This document shows positions 62,761 to 64,000 of a stretch of 64,000 bases of DNA, piece by piece; position 1 is the first letter of the stretch; the number at the start of each line of letters is the position of its first letter. Both the position numbers and the translations under genes were made by a program. The stretch is from Chara braunii (Eukaryota > Plantae > Charophyceae), in NCBI GenBank assembly GCA_003427395.1, contig BFEA01000027.1, positions 2,146,729 to 2,210,728 of the forward strand, written 5' to 3'. The notes under the pieces were generated by a model that made no database searches, was not told the DNA's origin, and worked only from the letters and a program-made list of their open reading frames with translations.

Positions 62761-64000
62761 CCACTTTGTGCTATAAAAGTTTTTAATTACATAAAAAAAA
62801 GGAGGAGGGGGGAGGTTTTAGTGAGATTTGCGTCGCGTGTTAAACTGGCATATAATATCATGTAAGTGATCATTAACGTTTGCTCTAGTAAGGTAGGTGG
62901 TGTATCATCACCACCTCTCTCAGTCGACTTAATCGATATTTAAATTAACATCTAAAATGTTGATCATTGCTGATATTACTCTCCGTCAAGTAGGAATTAG
63001 GCAAAAAGGTAAGCGATTTTTCTCAGCATTGTTTTTTTTTTTTTTTCCAATCAAAATCAGCTTGCAACACCGTCAGCTCAACAATGAGGTTAACTCACTT
63101 CCGTTCAATGATTGGTGGGCTAGAGCTTTATCATCACCACTTAGGTAACCTTAGTCGTGTTTCAATTCTTCATCGACTCCACTCAGAGCGACTTAGATCC
63201 TTAGTACTTCAATGGAGAGGAGAGTGAGAAACACAATTCATTAAAAGATTAACCTCAGATTAGTCGAACGCAGAGAAGTTATTGACAAACCTCTTAAGTT
63301 CAAAAAACAAAAAGGAAAGAGCGTAATACATGTTTAGGGAAGGAGCAGTTAGAGCCTTGTCTGACAAGATCAGGAACAACCCACTTGTCTTAACAACTTC
63401 AAAGGTGGGTACCAACCCTACTATGGTCTAATGAGATCTCTTCTCTTCACATGATCAAATGATTAGGCGTACTGTCATCAACACGCATTTTAATGAGCAA
63501 CGGTGAACAATGATAAAACTTTCTTAATAATGACAGCAAAGAGCATCATAACAAAGAATGACAATATCCCCCTTCACCAGCAAGACCCCAGATTCGGCGT
63601 TCGCTCTCTTCTTATTTAAGGTTCTGCTTGCCTTTTACATTCCAGGAACCTCAAGGGATTCGAATAGCAATTTCAACATTGAAACAGGTCACCTGGGGGA
63701 CCCTGATTGTAACCACAACAACATGTTTTAAACAACAAGAGGTGGCTGATGAAGCTAGCTACACTTCCAGTTGGTTGCACGGGTGGATAAATGATCATAT
63801 GCCACCACTCAAAGTTATCCAACAACTCACCCATGGCTCAAGAGTATGAACTACCACGTACGATAGCAAGGAAAAACTTGGAAGACAATACGACCTCTTG
63901 CTTCCCACAAGCATTCCTTACAGGGCAAGAATCACACCACTTGTACGGTGTCTCTGAACAAAGAAAACTGGAGGAAATAGACGGTCTACGAGACAGTTTC

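Noticed and set aside
63000-64000. Upstream RT of the group II intron, mitovirus RdRp or LINE endonuclease
   Set aside because: Isolated short motifs (GDD, WNVKG, GDIVIL) point to different families, and there is no coherent frame.

Overview
Eukaryotic, repeat-rich nuclear DNA from a streptophyte plant or alga. The plant-type PTEN1 and U6, long introns and abundant L1/Tx1 LINEs fit a charophyte such as Chara, but that is inference. One intact host gene is visible: a 7-exon PTEN1-like phosphoinositide phosphatase (32493-48562, +, about 389 aa, HCKAGKGR motif, all introns phase 0). The rest holds three L1/Tx1-type LINE copies (one nested in an older relative), a Mutator-like element with ~455-bp TIRs, a foldback complex, several MITE families, retroposed U6 and 18S rRNA fragments, an organellar group II intron remnant and microsatellites. 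A Nextera mate-pair adapter at 30078 marks an assembly artefact. The most unusual signal is an array of 10-11 palindromic ~27-bp repeats with non-repeating spacers and copy-specific self-complementary arms at 12.8-13.7 kb, with no cas genes. Two divergent LINEs also share a conserved 3'-UTR hairpin.
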